Counted from the first letter of the stretch, positions 10,186 through 22,560 are shown. The stretch is DNA of 64,000 nucleotides from Schizochytrium sp. TIO01 (GCA_004764695.1 SMSO01000014.1:7346125-7410124), one strand, 5' to 3'. Notes: a model not told the origin generated them from the sequence alone. Program-made: numbers and translations.

Positions 10186-12630
10186 ATGACTGCACAAAGT
10201 CTCGACGATGAGCTTTCCAAAGAGTTCGTTAAGTACGTCAAGCCACTCTTGGCGATAAACGACAAATTGAGAAAGCTGACTAAGCTTGAAGATGACATCA
10301 ATACGTCAACAATCGTAGCTGTTGGCGACCAATCGCACGGGAAAAGCTCCGTAATCGAAGCGCTCAGTGGTGTATTGTTGCCGCGCGGGCAAGGTATGAA
10401 AACCAAGCTTCCACTCAGCCTTCATCTTCGCAGCGCAGAAGAAGAGAAGGCCATAATTCAGTTTGCAGGTCGAAAGGATCGGGAAGTCTCTCTCGCTGAT
10501 GTAGCAAAAGCTATCGATGAACTGACAGCAGAAGTTGTAGGGGAAGGCGTTGCAGATGTGAAGGATGAGGAAATTGATCTGACGGTTTTTCGCCCTGGAC
10601 AGGTTGACCTAGACCTGATTGATCTGCCTGGGATGACTCGAGCAACAGGGGAATCTGGCCCTGCTGATCTAGAAACTCGAATCAAAGATATGTACTGCCA
10701 CTACATGCGCCCACCTGAAGCAGTATTACTCAATGTAGTTGCAGCCCAAACGGACACAGGCAACAGTACTGGATTCAAGATGAGCATAGACTTTGACGCT
10801 CATCGCAAGCGTACCTTATTGTGTTACACCAAGATGGATTCATACTCGGACAACCCGAAGCATTTCGTAGAGCGTGTTAAGCGTGACCTTGAAGCCTTCA
10901 CTCTCGATCCTCACGATGTATTTTGCGTCCGAAATCGTTCACAAGCTGAATCGGAGAATGGGTTGTCGCTGGAGGATGCACGTGAAAAGGAATCGAAATG
11001 CCTTGCTGATCCAGAAGGTCCGGCGCTAGCTGCAAATGAACAATTGAAAGTAGGACTCGGGAGGGCGGGCCTTGCCCAGCGTCTCGCTTACATTCAGCGC
11101 AAGCGCATAGCAGAGGCACTTCCAGAACTAATGAAGGCACTGAATAAACGCCTACTTAACCTTCAGCAAGTGTTAGATGATCTTCCCAAGATCTATTTGA
11201 CGGAAGCGGATTGTGTTGTAGAGTTACAAAAATGTCTCTCCAACATCAGGTTGGGATTAAAATCTTCGCGTGAAGGTCGTGTGAAAGCAAACCCTAGCTT
11301 CATTGTTCTAAGCCTTGAATTAGGTGCGAGCACTCCCAAAAATGAGGAGGAGAAAGATGGCAGGTGGGTCGTTTCTGCGCACTGGGACTTTCGGAGTGCA
11401 GGTGCTAAAGAAATGCACGATCAGAAAGTCAAGCAACGAATGGAACATGCAGGCCTTGGTCGTTATTCCGAAGAGTTACTTCGGCGTGCAAACGACAATG
11501 TTACCTGTAGAACCTTGGACGAGATGGGGGTGCGAAATTACCATAAACAGCGAGAAATATTGGATATTCTGGAGGAGAATGACAACGCTGAGATCGATGA
11601 GGATCTCTTAATTGTGAGCGTTCGTGACAAGAAAGAATCCAATTTCTCCTATGAGGTACAGGTCACTCCAAAAGCTGCATCGTCATCTATAAGGTCAAGT
11701 GATGAAATCGAGCCTGGCTATTTAGCAGAATTCTCTTACCCATCGCCGTGCGCAGTCGATATAAAAACTATTATCCGTGTTGGCCAGCAAGGAGTTCCTT
11801 TCACGTCATGCTCTTCATTCGCCCGCAGCAAAGACAAATTTGTAGAAGCAGTACGAACTAACAAACCCCGTACATTCTTCTTCTCAAAGACCTTTTTCAA
11901 TACAATGAAAGACTGTTACGAGCAGTACCGTGGTTGCGAGGGGCTCCCAGGTACCTTACCCAGTCATGTTGCTGTCGATGTAGCTCGGGAACTCCAGAAA
12001 GATATCTATCCGTTTGCAGATGAATTTGCAGACCACGTTCAAAGAGATGTTGTTAAGTGGACAGAGGAAGAAGCGTTAGCTCATCTAGGCTCTTTTCCAT
12101 TACTTTACGAAAAGGCATCAGAAGCAATTCGCCGAGTCTTAACATCAGCCCGCCTTCATTTGGGAGAAGATCTTATGACAACACGGAGATGTTTTGATCA
12201 AGTGATGCTGGAAGATCACTACTTTAGCTTTGTTCTCAAAGATATTCGTGACAAAGTCACAGAGGTGCGCAGAGGAGAGAGAGAACTCGGATTTCTAACG
12301 CAAGAAATAGTGGAAAGAATGGATAATCATGATTCTGGAATTGTAGACGACATTTCGCGACTCGCTGCCTATTGGAAAGTAATGTGCAAAGAGTATTCCG
12401 GTTATGTAACCAAACTCGTCAAGGTACACTTGTTATCCCAAAAAACCGACGATGATGTCATGGCTGCGATTTCGGGAGATTGCTTTAGCGGCAACACGCT
12501 GGTGCAGCAAATGGCTCCAAGCCAGAAACAAAGACAAGCTAGAGTTGCACTGGAGCAACGCATCAATAATCTTAGAGATGCTAAAAATGAATACGAACAT
12601 GCTAAAAATTCCCAGCTCCTTTTTGAGTGA
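10186..12630 (+). CDS. Mx-like / dynamin-superfamily large GTPase with a central insertion containing a SAM-like segment
   Basis: G1 GDQSHGKSS, G2 region LPRGQGMKT, G3 LIDLPG, G4 TKMD, VRNRSQ. Helical stalk and C-terminal GED-like segment (LAAYWKV...RVALEQRINNLRDAK). No PH or proline-rich domain. Confidence 0.92.
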   Translation: MTAQSLDDELSKEFVKYVKPLLAINDKLRKLTKLEDDINTSTIVAVGDQSHGKSSVIEALSGVLLPRGQGMKTKLPLSLHLRSAEEEKAIIQFAGRKDREVSLADVAKAIDELTAEVVGEGVADVKDEEIDLTVFRPGQVDLDLIDLPGMTRATGESGPADLETRIKDMYCHYMRPPEAVLLNVVAAQTDTGNSTGFKMSIDFDAHRKRTLLCYTKMDSYSDNPKHFVERVKRDLEAFTLDPHDVFCVRNRSQAESENGLSLEDAREKESKCLADPEGPALAANEQLKVGLGRAGLAQRLAYIQRKRIAEALPELMKALNKRLLNLQQVLDDLPKIYLTEADCVVELQKCLSNIRLGLKSSREGRVKANPSFIVLSLELGASTPKNEEEKDGRWVVSAHWDFRSAGAKEMHDQKVKQRMEHAGLGRYSEELLRRANDNVTCRTLDEMGVRNYHKQREILDILEENDNAEIDEDLLIVSVRDKKESNFSYEVQVTPKAASSSIRSSDEIEPGYLAEFSYPSPCAVDIKTIIRVGQQGVPFTSCSSFARSKDKFVEAVRTNKPRTFFFSKTFFNTMKDCYEQYRGCEGLPGTLPSHVAVDVARELQKDIYPFADEFADHVQRDVVKWTEEEALAHLGSFPLLYEKASEAIRRVLTSARLHLGEDLMTTRRCFDQVMLEDHYFSFVLKDIRDKVTEVRRGERELGFLTQEIVERMDNHDSGIVDDISRLAAYWKVMCKEYSGYVTKLVKVHLLSQKTDDDVMAAISGDCFSGNTLVQQMAPSQKQRQARVALEQRINNLRDAKNEYEHAKNSQLLFE

Positions 12631-13401
12631 AAAAGGTTCTGCCATAGTATTGAGCTGTCTCCTGCGCAACTCGACAAGGGGGAAGACAACAACGAGATAT
12701 TCTTCTCAAGTAAAACAAATATCATTAACAGCCACTTTACTGAGGAATTGAAAGAGTAGGCTAGCAAATACCAATTCACAACCAAAGCAAAACTTATTTC
12801 TCTCCTTCTCTTTCTTTTAAATAAAATTTTATGCAAGAAAAAGTCATTCAGGCTAGACCTGACTATTTCCCAAGCATAGCAAGGCCTCCACAAACTAGAG
12901 GAATAAGAAAGCGTGTGAAGCGTCACCGGAGATATAACTTTATCATGCATTCCAAGCGTCTCGATTCCTCTCCCTTGTCAACTTCTAGTTAGGGATTAGT
13001 CTTCAATATGGAATTACAGAGGGGGCGAGAATTTATATATTATTTCATTTATAGAAAACATGATCTTGTATCATAGTTTTATTATTGCATTCGCGAAACA
13101 CACAATTCAAGGACTCTTCAGTAAATCTAGAATTGCACGCAGTAGTAATCGATGAAAATAAATTTCCATGAAATTCTCTTCCTGCGTCAATCGAGAAACT
13201 TATCTCCAATTAAAAGAGGGTTTGACTCTTATTCCAAAACCAAATATGTTGAAGAAGTTCTCAGCCAGTCTGAAAAGAATGAATCTTTATTTGCTTTGAA
13301 GGGCTTCTGGGGGTATAACAAGCTACCCTTTGAGAAATGCATGAGTCCTCGTATAGCCTTCAAACAGCAAGACAGTTAAGCGAACGAATTTTTATGTCTT
13401 C

Positions 13402-13790
13402 TGAGATCTTCAATTGAAGGAACATGCAGACGATACACTGCTCGAGTTCTTGCATACAATTGTAAGTCGCCCAGGATCCAGTAACTGCGTAGACTTAGAA
13501 CTAGACAACCAAAAGGGTAATTTTTAGTTCCAAAGATAACAACTAAAAGTTGAGTTCTACATTCCGCAGAACAGGTATGGTGAAGTCTGAATTAATGGTT
13601 GAAGAGAAAAGTCAACCTAGTTTGAATACAGATCGACTCCATATTTGGCTCTGTAATCACAACATGAACCCCTCTGCCTTGTGAACCCAATCCAAAGGTA
13701 GATGATCCCAAACTCAAAAAGCCAAAGTGTAGGAAGCCTTCTTCGATCCTCCCCCAGGCCACCTCTAGCCAACCAGATTCATCTCTCAGC
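13402..13790 (-). pseudogene. Degenerate coding repeat family B, copy a
   Basis: Similar to 14385-14810, 35035-35450 and 35761-36160. Translates LLRDESGWLEVA..IEEGF..VHVVITEP. Confidence 0.5.
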
Positions 13791-14384
13791 AATATAACTA
13801 CTAATCATAACAAAGGTATTCTTAAATAGGTTACTAAGAATAACTCCATTCAATATTGTTCCCATATCGACATGATTTCACATGTTCTTTTTCTTTTGAC
13901 TTTTTGATAAAGGCAGTATTTTGATTCAACGATTTCGGAAAACGATAAATAAATCGTCGCAAAATTGACCCTTAATTCAATTACATTGAATGAAACCTCG
14001 CCTTTCAGGCCGCGGTTACTTTATCAAGTGAACTTTTTTGAAATCAAGTTACCTGAATTTGGGTGGCCAAGAAGAGTTTCTTCAAAGAGGAATACTGGAT
14101 ACAATAAAATGTCCATAGACTTTTCCTATGAACCGCAAAATACTAGGATTCAGCATGATGGTTTCTTCAAAACCGCTATTTTTATTTTTATTGTTTTACT
14201 GCTAGTTTTAAAAGTTTTGAACCTAGGAGCTCCTGACTCAGCCGCACATGAGCATGCAAAATGACCAGTCCCGTTTCATGTATCCCCCACATTTTCCCCA
14301 AAGACTTCTGGGAGCATGTTGGAACCTCTATATCGTATCTCAGTATGCTCCAGTTTCAAGCGACGATTCACTTTTGAGGTCTGT

Positions 14385-14810
14385 GCTGAGATCTCCAATC
14401 GAAGGAATCAGTGGACAAGATATTGCTAGAATTCTAGACATCTTTTTGTAAAGACCTCATGGATATATGGCATATACTAAAGCATAATTATACAATCGAA
14501 CTTACGTGGTCAAGAAGCCAAAAACCAAAAGTGCGACTACACATTTTCTAGAACTAAGAATGGTGCAACTTGACCTGCTGGTTGAAAAGGTTGAAATAAT
14601 CTAACCCTATCAATTCTATCTAACACAGTTCACAAATGTTTTAGCCTCCTAACTACTACATGAATCAGTCTGCCCTGGAATTCATTTCCCAGGACAGCAG
14701 TTCGCTAACTCTTAAAATGAACCTTTTAAAGGCCTTCATCAAGTCTCTATCCTTCATCTTCATATCCGACCTCCAGCTCACGAGATTAATCTTCGAGCAA
14801 TCATTGTCCC
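14385..14810 (-). pseudogene. Degenerate coding repeat family B, copy b
   Basis: Shares blocks with the reverse complement of 35035-35450, e.g. GAGATCTCCAATCGAAGG..GTGGACAAGA and CCAGGACAGCAG.TCGCTAACTCTT. Residual frame EFQGRLIHVVVR. Confidence 0.6.
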
Positions 14811-15273
14811 TAACCTTCCAATGGCGGAGACTATATTAACAGGTTGTTTGTGATTGAGTAAATTTTCAAGTCAGCAGTCAGTTCAAGAGAATGCAAAAGA
14901 GTGATACTTGTGTGACGTAATTTCAGATGATTCTGCGAATTTGTTTCCCCATTTATTTTTTGATTTCCACCCCGTCGTCTCCTCAAGAAAAAAAACAAAA
15001 AAAATACGGAGACTCTGTCTAGTGCTAGCAAAGTTGCATCCTCTTCAGGCCTCGTAAGCGTATCAGAAACAGAACTAATCTCTCTTTAGAGGCCAAAATC
15101 AATGCATTCTGCCGTTTCTCAAACGAATTAGCAAGGTTGTTGCTCTCCACTATTATTATAAAGAGGCGTTGCCAGAGGAGAAAAGCAGGTACTCTAGGGT
15201 CTTGTCTAGCAAAGAAGAGCAGAACCCCAAATTCGTATTGGTTTTGCCCTTAGATCTCCGAACAAACTTTTTT

Positions 15274-15469
15274 TATTGCAGAGTAGCTTGTACTGTGAAG
15301 CGTGCAGAGGTAGTCTAAGAATGATGTTGAACTCAGGAGAAAGAGAAATAGGATGATATTTGAGTTATAGAGGTTTCGGGTCCGGATACAGGCAGTCATG
15401 AATGTATAACGTCGGGAGAGCTTGGTTACGTTAGGTTAGGTTAGGCAGTAGCTGTATCTTACTTCAATG
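15274..15469 (+). mobile_element. Solo-LTR-like repeat (family A), copy 3
   Basis: TATTGCAGAGTAGC...GTTAGGTTAGGTTAGG...TTACTTCAATG, bracketed by an imperfect ~33-bp direct repeat. Confidence 0.8.
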
Positions 15470-16027
15470 GTTTTGTCCTTAGATCTCTGAATGAACTTTT
15501 TGGAAGATGTATGTGCTCTCCTTTGTTTCTTGACGCTTTCAACAGTTCGATCTAAATCCGACACCCCATGTGACTTCTCGGACCCTTTCTCAAAACTAAA
15601 TTCGCCTACTTGTGCTTTGAGGACCAGTCCAACTTAATCTGGCCCTAAGCAGCGCGTACGGGTGCAACTAGAAGGAGTTTGTGAGTCTTGGAGTACCTAG
15701 ATTTTGCCGTTCACTGAGCTTTTCTGTGATCCTATTCCCCACAGCTTTGCTTGTCCACTCCGCTTCACATGTCGTGAAGTAGGTCTCTTTGTCGCTATGG
15801 TACCTATGCTGTACACCCACTTCACATGCGACCAGAGAGATATGAACTCGCTGGTCTAGTGTGTATAGCGAAAGCAACCTAGGCGTCGTGGTTAACCAGG
15901 CAAATAAGGTCAAATGTTCTGATTCTCGCAACTATGCTTGGACCATCACTTCAAGAAAAGATAGGTTGTGAGAAATTCTAGTAATTTTAATAAAATGCAT
16001 GACGCCGAAGCTTCACGAATATGAAAT

Positions 16028-16098
16028 GCGTCAGTGGTTTAGTGGTAAAATAGCTGTTTGCCATGCGGCTGCCCCGGGTTCGATTCCCGGCTGACGCT
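16028..16098 (+). tRNA. tRNA-Gly (anticodon GCC), identical to the 8911-8981 copy
   Basis: Same 71-nt sequence and cloverleaf, followed by TATTTTT. Confidence 0.95.
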
Positions 16099-17608
16099 TA
16101 TTTTTACCCCTTCTCAGTGCTGCTTTTTTATTACTTTATTTAAATGTTATTTATATATGTAAAAGGTACTAAGTTGATGGTGATTATATAATTTATCACC
16201 TCATTGGTCAAAAGGTACATCTATCAGCAGCGTGACTTGAATAACATAGCTAACTACTTGACATCGTAGTATGGGTATCTTTTGGCTCTCATTTTAAGAA
16301 ATTACTTGAATAAGTTTTTTAAACAAATTCGTTCCTTTTTTTCTAGCCATGCGATGTGGTGGAGATGCTATAGTTTTTAAAAAGAAGAAAAAAAAGCTTC
16401 GACACTCCCAGGGGATATTCTTGAAAACCCGTTAGTTGTTTCCTTGTAAACTCAAAAATTAGACCTTACTACTCATAACATTTAGCTTAGTAAAGTATCT
16501 TACCTTAGCATTGCATATGGGGCCGAATGACAAGGGCTATATATCATATTTGTCACATTAAGCTATATCAAGTAGAGTTAACTCGTCATTTTTGCACCAG
16601 AAACTATTTAATTTTATTTGGCAATTTTGTGACAAAGTAAACTTGATGCTGCTATATTTGAATCAAATCAGTAAAACTTAAAGTTGAGTAAATTTCTTGA
16701 CTTACTGTTTTATGGCACATATGTGCTTTTATTTTCAATAGCAATGAACAAATATGAAAATAGAATCCATGTTGTAGTCACCTATTTTCTTGTTCTTTTC
16801 GTTCCACCTTCCAGGCAATAAGTGGATAATAGTTAGCGAAAGAGAGAGTCTTCTGTTACCGAGATCGAATCAAGTGCTTTGACAAGCACCGACGAAAGAC
16901 CTGAAAAAATTCGAAACAGAATATACTTGTGTATCTAGAAGCAGCATTATGTATTAGTAAATTTTGCGAGCATCACTCTAATTATAGCTCACTCAAGGCG
17001 CTTGAAGCTAAACCCTGAGCAGCAAGAGGTTGACTGAGAATAGGAAAGCAAGGGAGTTTGAAAAACGCGTCAAGACGTAAGGAGGCGTTGTGTATTTAGG
17101 CTTATAAAATTAGCGATCTGGTGACCTTAGAGATGAACACCAAGGTGGGTTGATTCGTATTCTAATGAGGAGACTAAAACAGACTTCATCTACCATTACG
17201 CAGAACTCAAGATTTTAACTGGTTTATTCAACCATCTATTTTCGCTGTCCTTACATAATCCCTTCATCTTGTATCACACTTTCATATTTTATAGTCACTC
17301 CCCCCATTATATACAAGTTCTACCAGTTTAAGACTTCTGATAGTGTACCAAGGACTTCAGTGATATCTTGCCCACATGATCTCTTGATTTGTAATCTCAG
17401 CACGAGGGTATTCTGCTCTTTGACTGTTGCATTGTTCTTTTTAAATCAAGGAAAAAGACTTGAAATATGACTGCTCAGGAATTAAACAGCCGCCTGTAAA
17501 AGGTAATATTTTGGATACCAGGGGTATTAAAATTGCTATGCATGAGAATAGTCACCTAGGACAGGATGATATGCGCTACTGCTTTTGTTTAGTGATCGTA
17601 TATCGAAC

Positions 17609-17715
17609 ATGCTACACATAATTCGTCGCAAAGTAGCACAATAAAATATGCTACATCATAAAATGCTACAATGAAATACGTAGCATCGTATTTTGTAGCA
17701 TGGTTATGTGTAGCA
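17609..17715. repeat. Fold-back element built from ATGCTACA / TGTAGCA motifs
   Basis: TGCTACACATAA (17610-17621) is the exact reverse complement of TTATGTGTAGCA (17704-17715). Several ATGCTACA motifs lie on the left and GTAGCA motifs on the right. Confidence 0.6.
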
Positions 17716-18765
17716 CGTCGTGTTCTTGTGAATTAAGGTAGACATACTTCTTTGATACGGCTGTACAACATTTAGAAAAGGAATGTTGCATGGTTGTAAA
17801 ATAGAAAGTGCATAAATGTCAATTTAAAGTCTAAACCTCTGTTTTGAACAAAGATACGCAGCTCGTTATATTCGAGCTGTCTCAGCTTGCTTAAAGTTAT
17901 AAAAATGAATGATTTGATAGGATCAGGCTGCTTTTAGTATTAAGCCAACTTGTGAAACTACTTTACTTTGCTTCGATTTTTTCTCCTTTCCAAAAAATCA
18001 AAAAGCAAAATGAGAGATGAAAACAACAAACCCAAAAAACAGAGTGTAGTCAAGTTAATTAAAAATACTCTTTCCATTTCAATGCCCTTTTCACGGCAGA
18101 ATGACTTGCTTGATCTTTGCAAAGGCAAATGTAGTAGCCGTAAGATTCTGAATGATAATGATAAATACGTAGGTCTTGATAATTCTTAAGTTAATAGCCT
18201 ACGATATTCGAGGTTTGCTGACAAGTCAGCACTCCACTCGTTCCTTAGATGTGTCAACAAAATTTGCCCTCACCTTTGTCAGCTGCACTGTGAAAGCTCC
18301 AAGTTGGGCATGAGATATATAATTCTCATTCAGGTCACCGTGAATGTGTAGCAGGTGTGGTCGCAAACTTTCTTTTCACATCTGACGAACTTCTTGGGTC
18401 ACGTCAAGCAACAAGCAATACTATTGAATATAAGAAGAGAGAAGAAAAGACAATCAACAAGAACAAAAATATGATTGAAGTAGTTAAAGACGCTGTGTCT
18501 TCTTTTTGGCTGATAAAAATTTGAGCACTCTATACATTACACCAGGCAGCATGGAATCTGCACCCTTCCCTTAAAAGAGTCCATCTCTGGGCATTGTCAT
18601 GATGCACAGGGGACAAAGGCTTGGTAAACACACACACAGAGGCAAAGCCTTCCATCATGATAGAACAGGAATACCACAGATTCATATTACATCAGGATGA
18701 GCTATATTGGCTTGACCATGTTTACGCACGGGGCGCACGAGACGTTCCATTTGGATGCTTTCTGC

Positions 18766-19956
18766 TTAGATGGAGGGCTCCCGGGAGCGAACCTCGTTGG
18801 CATCAGCGGCGCGGGAAAAGCGAACGAGGAAGGAGGGAGGAGGTACGGGCTGCTTGTTAGCAGACTCAATTACAAGAAGAATCGAGCCAATCAAGAAAGC
18901 CCAAGAGCCCCAGTAGGTAGAGAGGTAAGTTCCGTAGTATTGGCAGCAAATCTCACGTCCCTTCCAGTCATCGAGGAGACCAAAGAAACCGCAAAGCCAG
19001 AAACCACATCCTCCGAGGAAGTTAAAGAAGTTAACCCACCAGCCAATAGCACCAAAGTTGGGTACATACCAGACGTACTGAGTCTCAAGCATCAGAACCC
19101 AACCAGCATAGATGAAACCACACGATCCAACCACCTGAAAACCCCAAATGAAGATATCAGCGACAATCCAGTTCTCAACAAGGATTCCGGCGGCGCCAGC
19201 CTTGGGAAGGTTCAGAGTCACAGAGCACGTAAACAGGCAGGCACCCATGAACTGAGCAGAGGCAGCAGCGGCTCCGGGGTTACTGAATTCAAGTGCGAAC
19301 CATCTCCACTTAGAATCACGGTCCGAGTTTTGACCAGGGTTCTCAGCGTCATATGAGACAAGGTGTGCAAGGTTGCTGTCACCCGTCTTGTTCTTGTTAA
19401 GACCAAGTTTAGAGGCAATGCGGTAACCAAATTCAACAGTGCGGCGAGGGTTAATGGCCTCGAGAACAGCAAAGTACGCACCAAACTGGAAAGAAAGACC
19501 ACCAAAAAATCCACTGATAGCAGGGCCAAGCAACGATGCACGTTCATCATCAGGTGCAGGCGGCCACATAATGAGCCAACCTTGCACCACCCAGAGAATG
19601 GATCCCCAAGTAAACACATGGGCGACCCACCAAGAGATGTTGCCAGGCTCAAATGTCAGCAAGTTGATGTTGATGGGGTGGATTTCGTCAGAGTTGCGGT
19701 CCTCCACAACGGGGTAGCGGTTCTTGCGGTGGTTACGGGTGTGCCAAATGATCTCACCATCAAACTCGCCGGGATAGAAGACCACTTCGTTGGGAGTGGT
19801 CTGTTCCATGCTTGTAATCTTGCCATTGAGTCCGTTCAGGTTAACACCCTTGAGGGACTCTGGACGGTGCTCTTCATCGGAGAGAGGAATACGAACGCCA
19901 GCAGAGCTGCCTTGGCGCCAGACGACTTCGCCTTCAACATCAACTTGACGGCCCAT
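18766..19956 (-). CDS. Multi-pass integral membrane protein with YrhK-like repeats
   Basis: 396 aa with ~6-7 hydrophobic Gly/Trp/Phe-rich helices (WWVAHVFTWGSILWVV, FQVVGSCGFIYAG, IGWWVNFFNFLGGCGF, YWGSWAFLIGS), a pattern typical of YrhK-type membrane proteins. Confidence 0.75.
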   Translation of the reverse strand: MGRQVDVEGEVVWRQGSSAGVRIPLSDEEHRPESLKGVNLNGLNGKITSMEQTTPNEVVFYPGEFDGEIIWHTRNHRKNRYPVVEDRNSDEIHPININLLTFEPGNISWWVAHVFTWGSILWVVQGWLIMWPPAPDDERASLLGPAISGFFGGLSFQFGAYFAVLEAINPRRTVEFGYRIASKLGLNKNKTGDSNLAHLVSYDAENPGQNSDRDSKWRWFALEFSNPGAAAASAQFMGACLFTCSVTLNLPKAGAAGILVENWIVADIFIWGFQVVGSCGFIYAGWVLMLETQYVWYVPNFGAIGWWVNFFNFLGGCGFWLCGFFGLLDDWKGREICCQYYGTYLSTYWGSWAFLIGSILLVIESANKQPVPPPSFLVRFSRAADANEVRSREPSI

Positions 19957-22560
19957 CTTGCTGACTGTCTTGTCTGTTTACCTTGTGCAAAGGCTAGCTT
20001 TCAAGTTCAAGCGGCTTACGACTTGGGGTTTTCTGTGTGACTTTGCCGGAATGAGAGAGTATGCAGTGCGAGCAGCACTTGGTTTCTCTTGTGGCTTTGT
20101 TGGTTTGGCTTTGCCTCGAGGGAGAGGCGTTTGGGGTTTGCTGATGTTGGAGCGTTGCCACTTGCCACGGGTTGGTGCTTTCCCCTTGCAACTTGATGAG
20201 CCTGCTACTATTGAGTTTCAAGGTCATTTATGGCACGAGAAGGGAGACAGTGGTTATTACTCGTGCTTTGCACGCTCCGACACATACTTTTTCTAAAGAA
20301 AAAAGAGAGAAACAATAAAAGAGGACATAGAGAGCGATAGAGAGAGAGAGACAGACAGACATACAGAGAGACATAGAGAGACAGGGAGGAAATTGGATTT
20401 CTAATTTAGGCCTAGAAAGAGGATTTTAATTTTGTTTTTAGTTTAAATATTATAAACAAAAAAGAAAACAAAATGAAAAATGAAGGGAAAAAGGGGGAAA
20501 AAAAGGAAGGGAATAAAACACTATGATGGTGGAACCATGCTGCTAGGGCAGAAAAGGGGTGGAATATAATTTGTAGATTTAAAAAAGAAGGGGAAAAAAA
20601 GGGTTTTAAGAGCAGTTTCCGAGAGAGGGGGAGCAACACAACTTGAGTCGCATCAAGGAGAAGTAAGTTTGGGCAAAGGAAGCGTGTTGTTTTAGCTGGC
20701 CTTGAGTACGCTTCTGGCGCAGAAGAGTGCAGCATGACATTCCTCGTTCCTTATTTTCCAAATGCGAGTTGTAAATCATTTGTTAACAACTTTTCAAAAC
20801 ATTTTATTCATTTAAAAACAAAGTTTAGTCGAGAACTAACAAGAGGAAAACAAAAAAGAGAAACAAGAAAACAATCACTGTCGTCAATTGATGCGACTAG
20901 CATTGCCTGAGAAAAACTAGCACCATTGCGCAAATGCGCAGACTGACTTGGGCACCATTTGCATCCTTACTCTTTACATCAGCCAAGAGAGTGACACCCC
21001 CCCCCCCACCCCGCCTTGGCACAGGGACACCCTGAAGTCGAGCCTCAAGGCAATTTGCATTAAGTAGCATCAAGCCAGATAGACTTGTTTAATTACCAGT
21101 ACAGGTTATGGACGCGCTGCTGCTTGAACTCGCTCCTCCGCACCCGGCGCCTCCTTTGAAGCCGTCGCACATAACAACTAGCATTACATGGTATACTAGC
21201 AGGTTGCTAATGGTAGCAGAAAATGGAATGAGAAAATACTCAGCACACAGCACGTCATTTTATTTCTCCTTTTTTTGCAATCAAAAGTGGTTTCCTACTT
21301 TGTTCCATATTTGGTGATTATAGATTATGATGAACACAAAGAATATTTTTAGATTAAGTTATCTGCACTGGTAAGGCAGCAGTAATAGAAGCACCTGCAT
21401 ACGAATGCAAAGTGTTATATCCATCTCATGGCTGCAGAAATTGAACATTTCCTTCAGTTCGTGTGCGTTGGCTATGCCACCAAAGGTAGCAGCCAGACGT
21501 GGATCTGACGAGCGAGCCAGTTGCATAATGTTCTTTATCTTTTGGGTCTCAAGTTGGTAGCATTCTTGGTTATCGAGGTGATCGGTAGCAGAGTAAGTAT
21601 CTCCTGTCACTGCTAGTAAGAAGTTCATGTCAAGACCCTCCCACTTCTGCTCTATAAAAAGTATTGCCAACTCGGACTCTGATTTTTGAAGAAGCCGAGA
21701 AAAAAAGTTGATTGGAGGCAGTGCGTAGACAGGTGCAGGTCCAACCTAAAGCAAACTGGCCGTGCCATCTGACGTCAGGACCGTGTCTCACACTTGTCTT
21801 CCGTCCCAAAATTTAAAGGCTCTGAGAATGGGCTACTAGCATTTGCTTTCTTTCTTCTCTACTTCGCGGCATGCAACATGCGGCATGCGCTTTTGCCCAA
21901 TCCAAAGCACTTTGCTACCTGTGCTGTGCTACAACTTTGCAGCACCCTTGCCCTTTCCTTTAAAGGAAAAACAATAGATGAGAGCGACTAAATAGGAAAT
22001 CTGCAGATTTCCCAAAACTGCAGAAACCCCGGAACGACACCCTGTAATGTCACCCATCGATTACCCAAAATGTTGCACGTTGCAGCTCCTGTGAAAACTC
22101 TGAAGCCTGGGCGTGTTTGATTTCTGAAAAGTGTTTTCCTAATTGTTCAGATGTAGCTCAGAAGACAATATTGAAGGTTTTGCTGGGTTTGCTGGCGTGA
22201 TGCCAACTGAGGAAACCCAGTTGGCCGGGGATGAAGGGATGACGACAGAGCTGCAAAATTTTGGTCTGCGATTCTTAGACCTCCTTTTCCATGTTGGTAT
22301 AATATGATGCTCAACACTTTATAAAAGTTTCTTGCCCCTTTTCTCATCATCAGTATTAGGATAAACCGAAGTCACGGCGCATTCTTGAGATTGTGCTACA
22401 TACCCAATTTACCCGAAGAATTGACAGCGGAATTGCGGCATGGCGGCAAGATGACATTTTATATAGCGCAGGCACCAACGTGTCTGTTGTGTTCTAAGAT
22501 TGCTTATTGCTGCATTTTTTTTCCTTCTAGCATTTATAACCATCTCCTATTCATTTTTAG

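Noticed and set aside
18697-20040. Plus-strand 219-aa and 225-aa ORFs
   Set aside because: Antisense shadows of the 18766-19956 membrane protein gene, with no motifs of their own.
21359-21670. 103-aa minus-strand ORF
   Set aside because: Non-ATG start, no motif, isolated in the gene desert.
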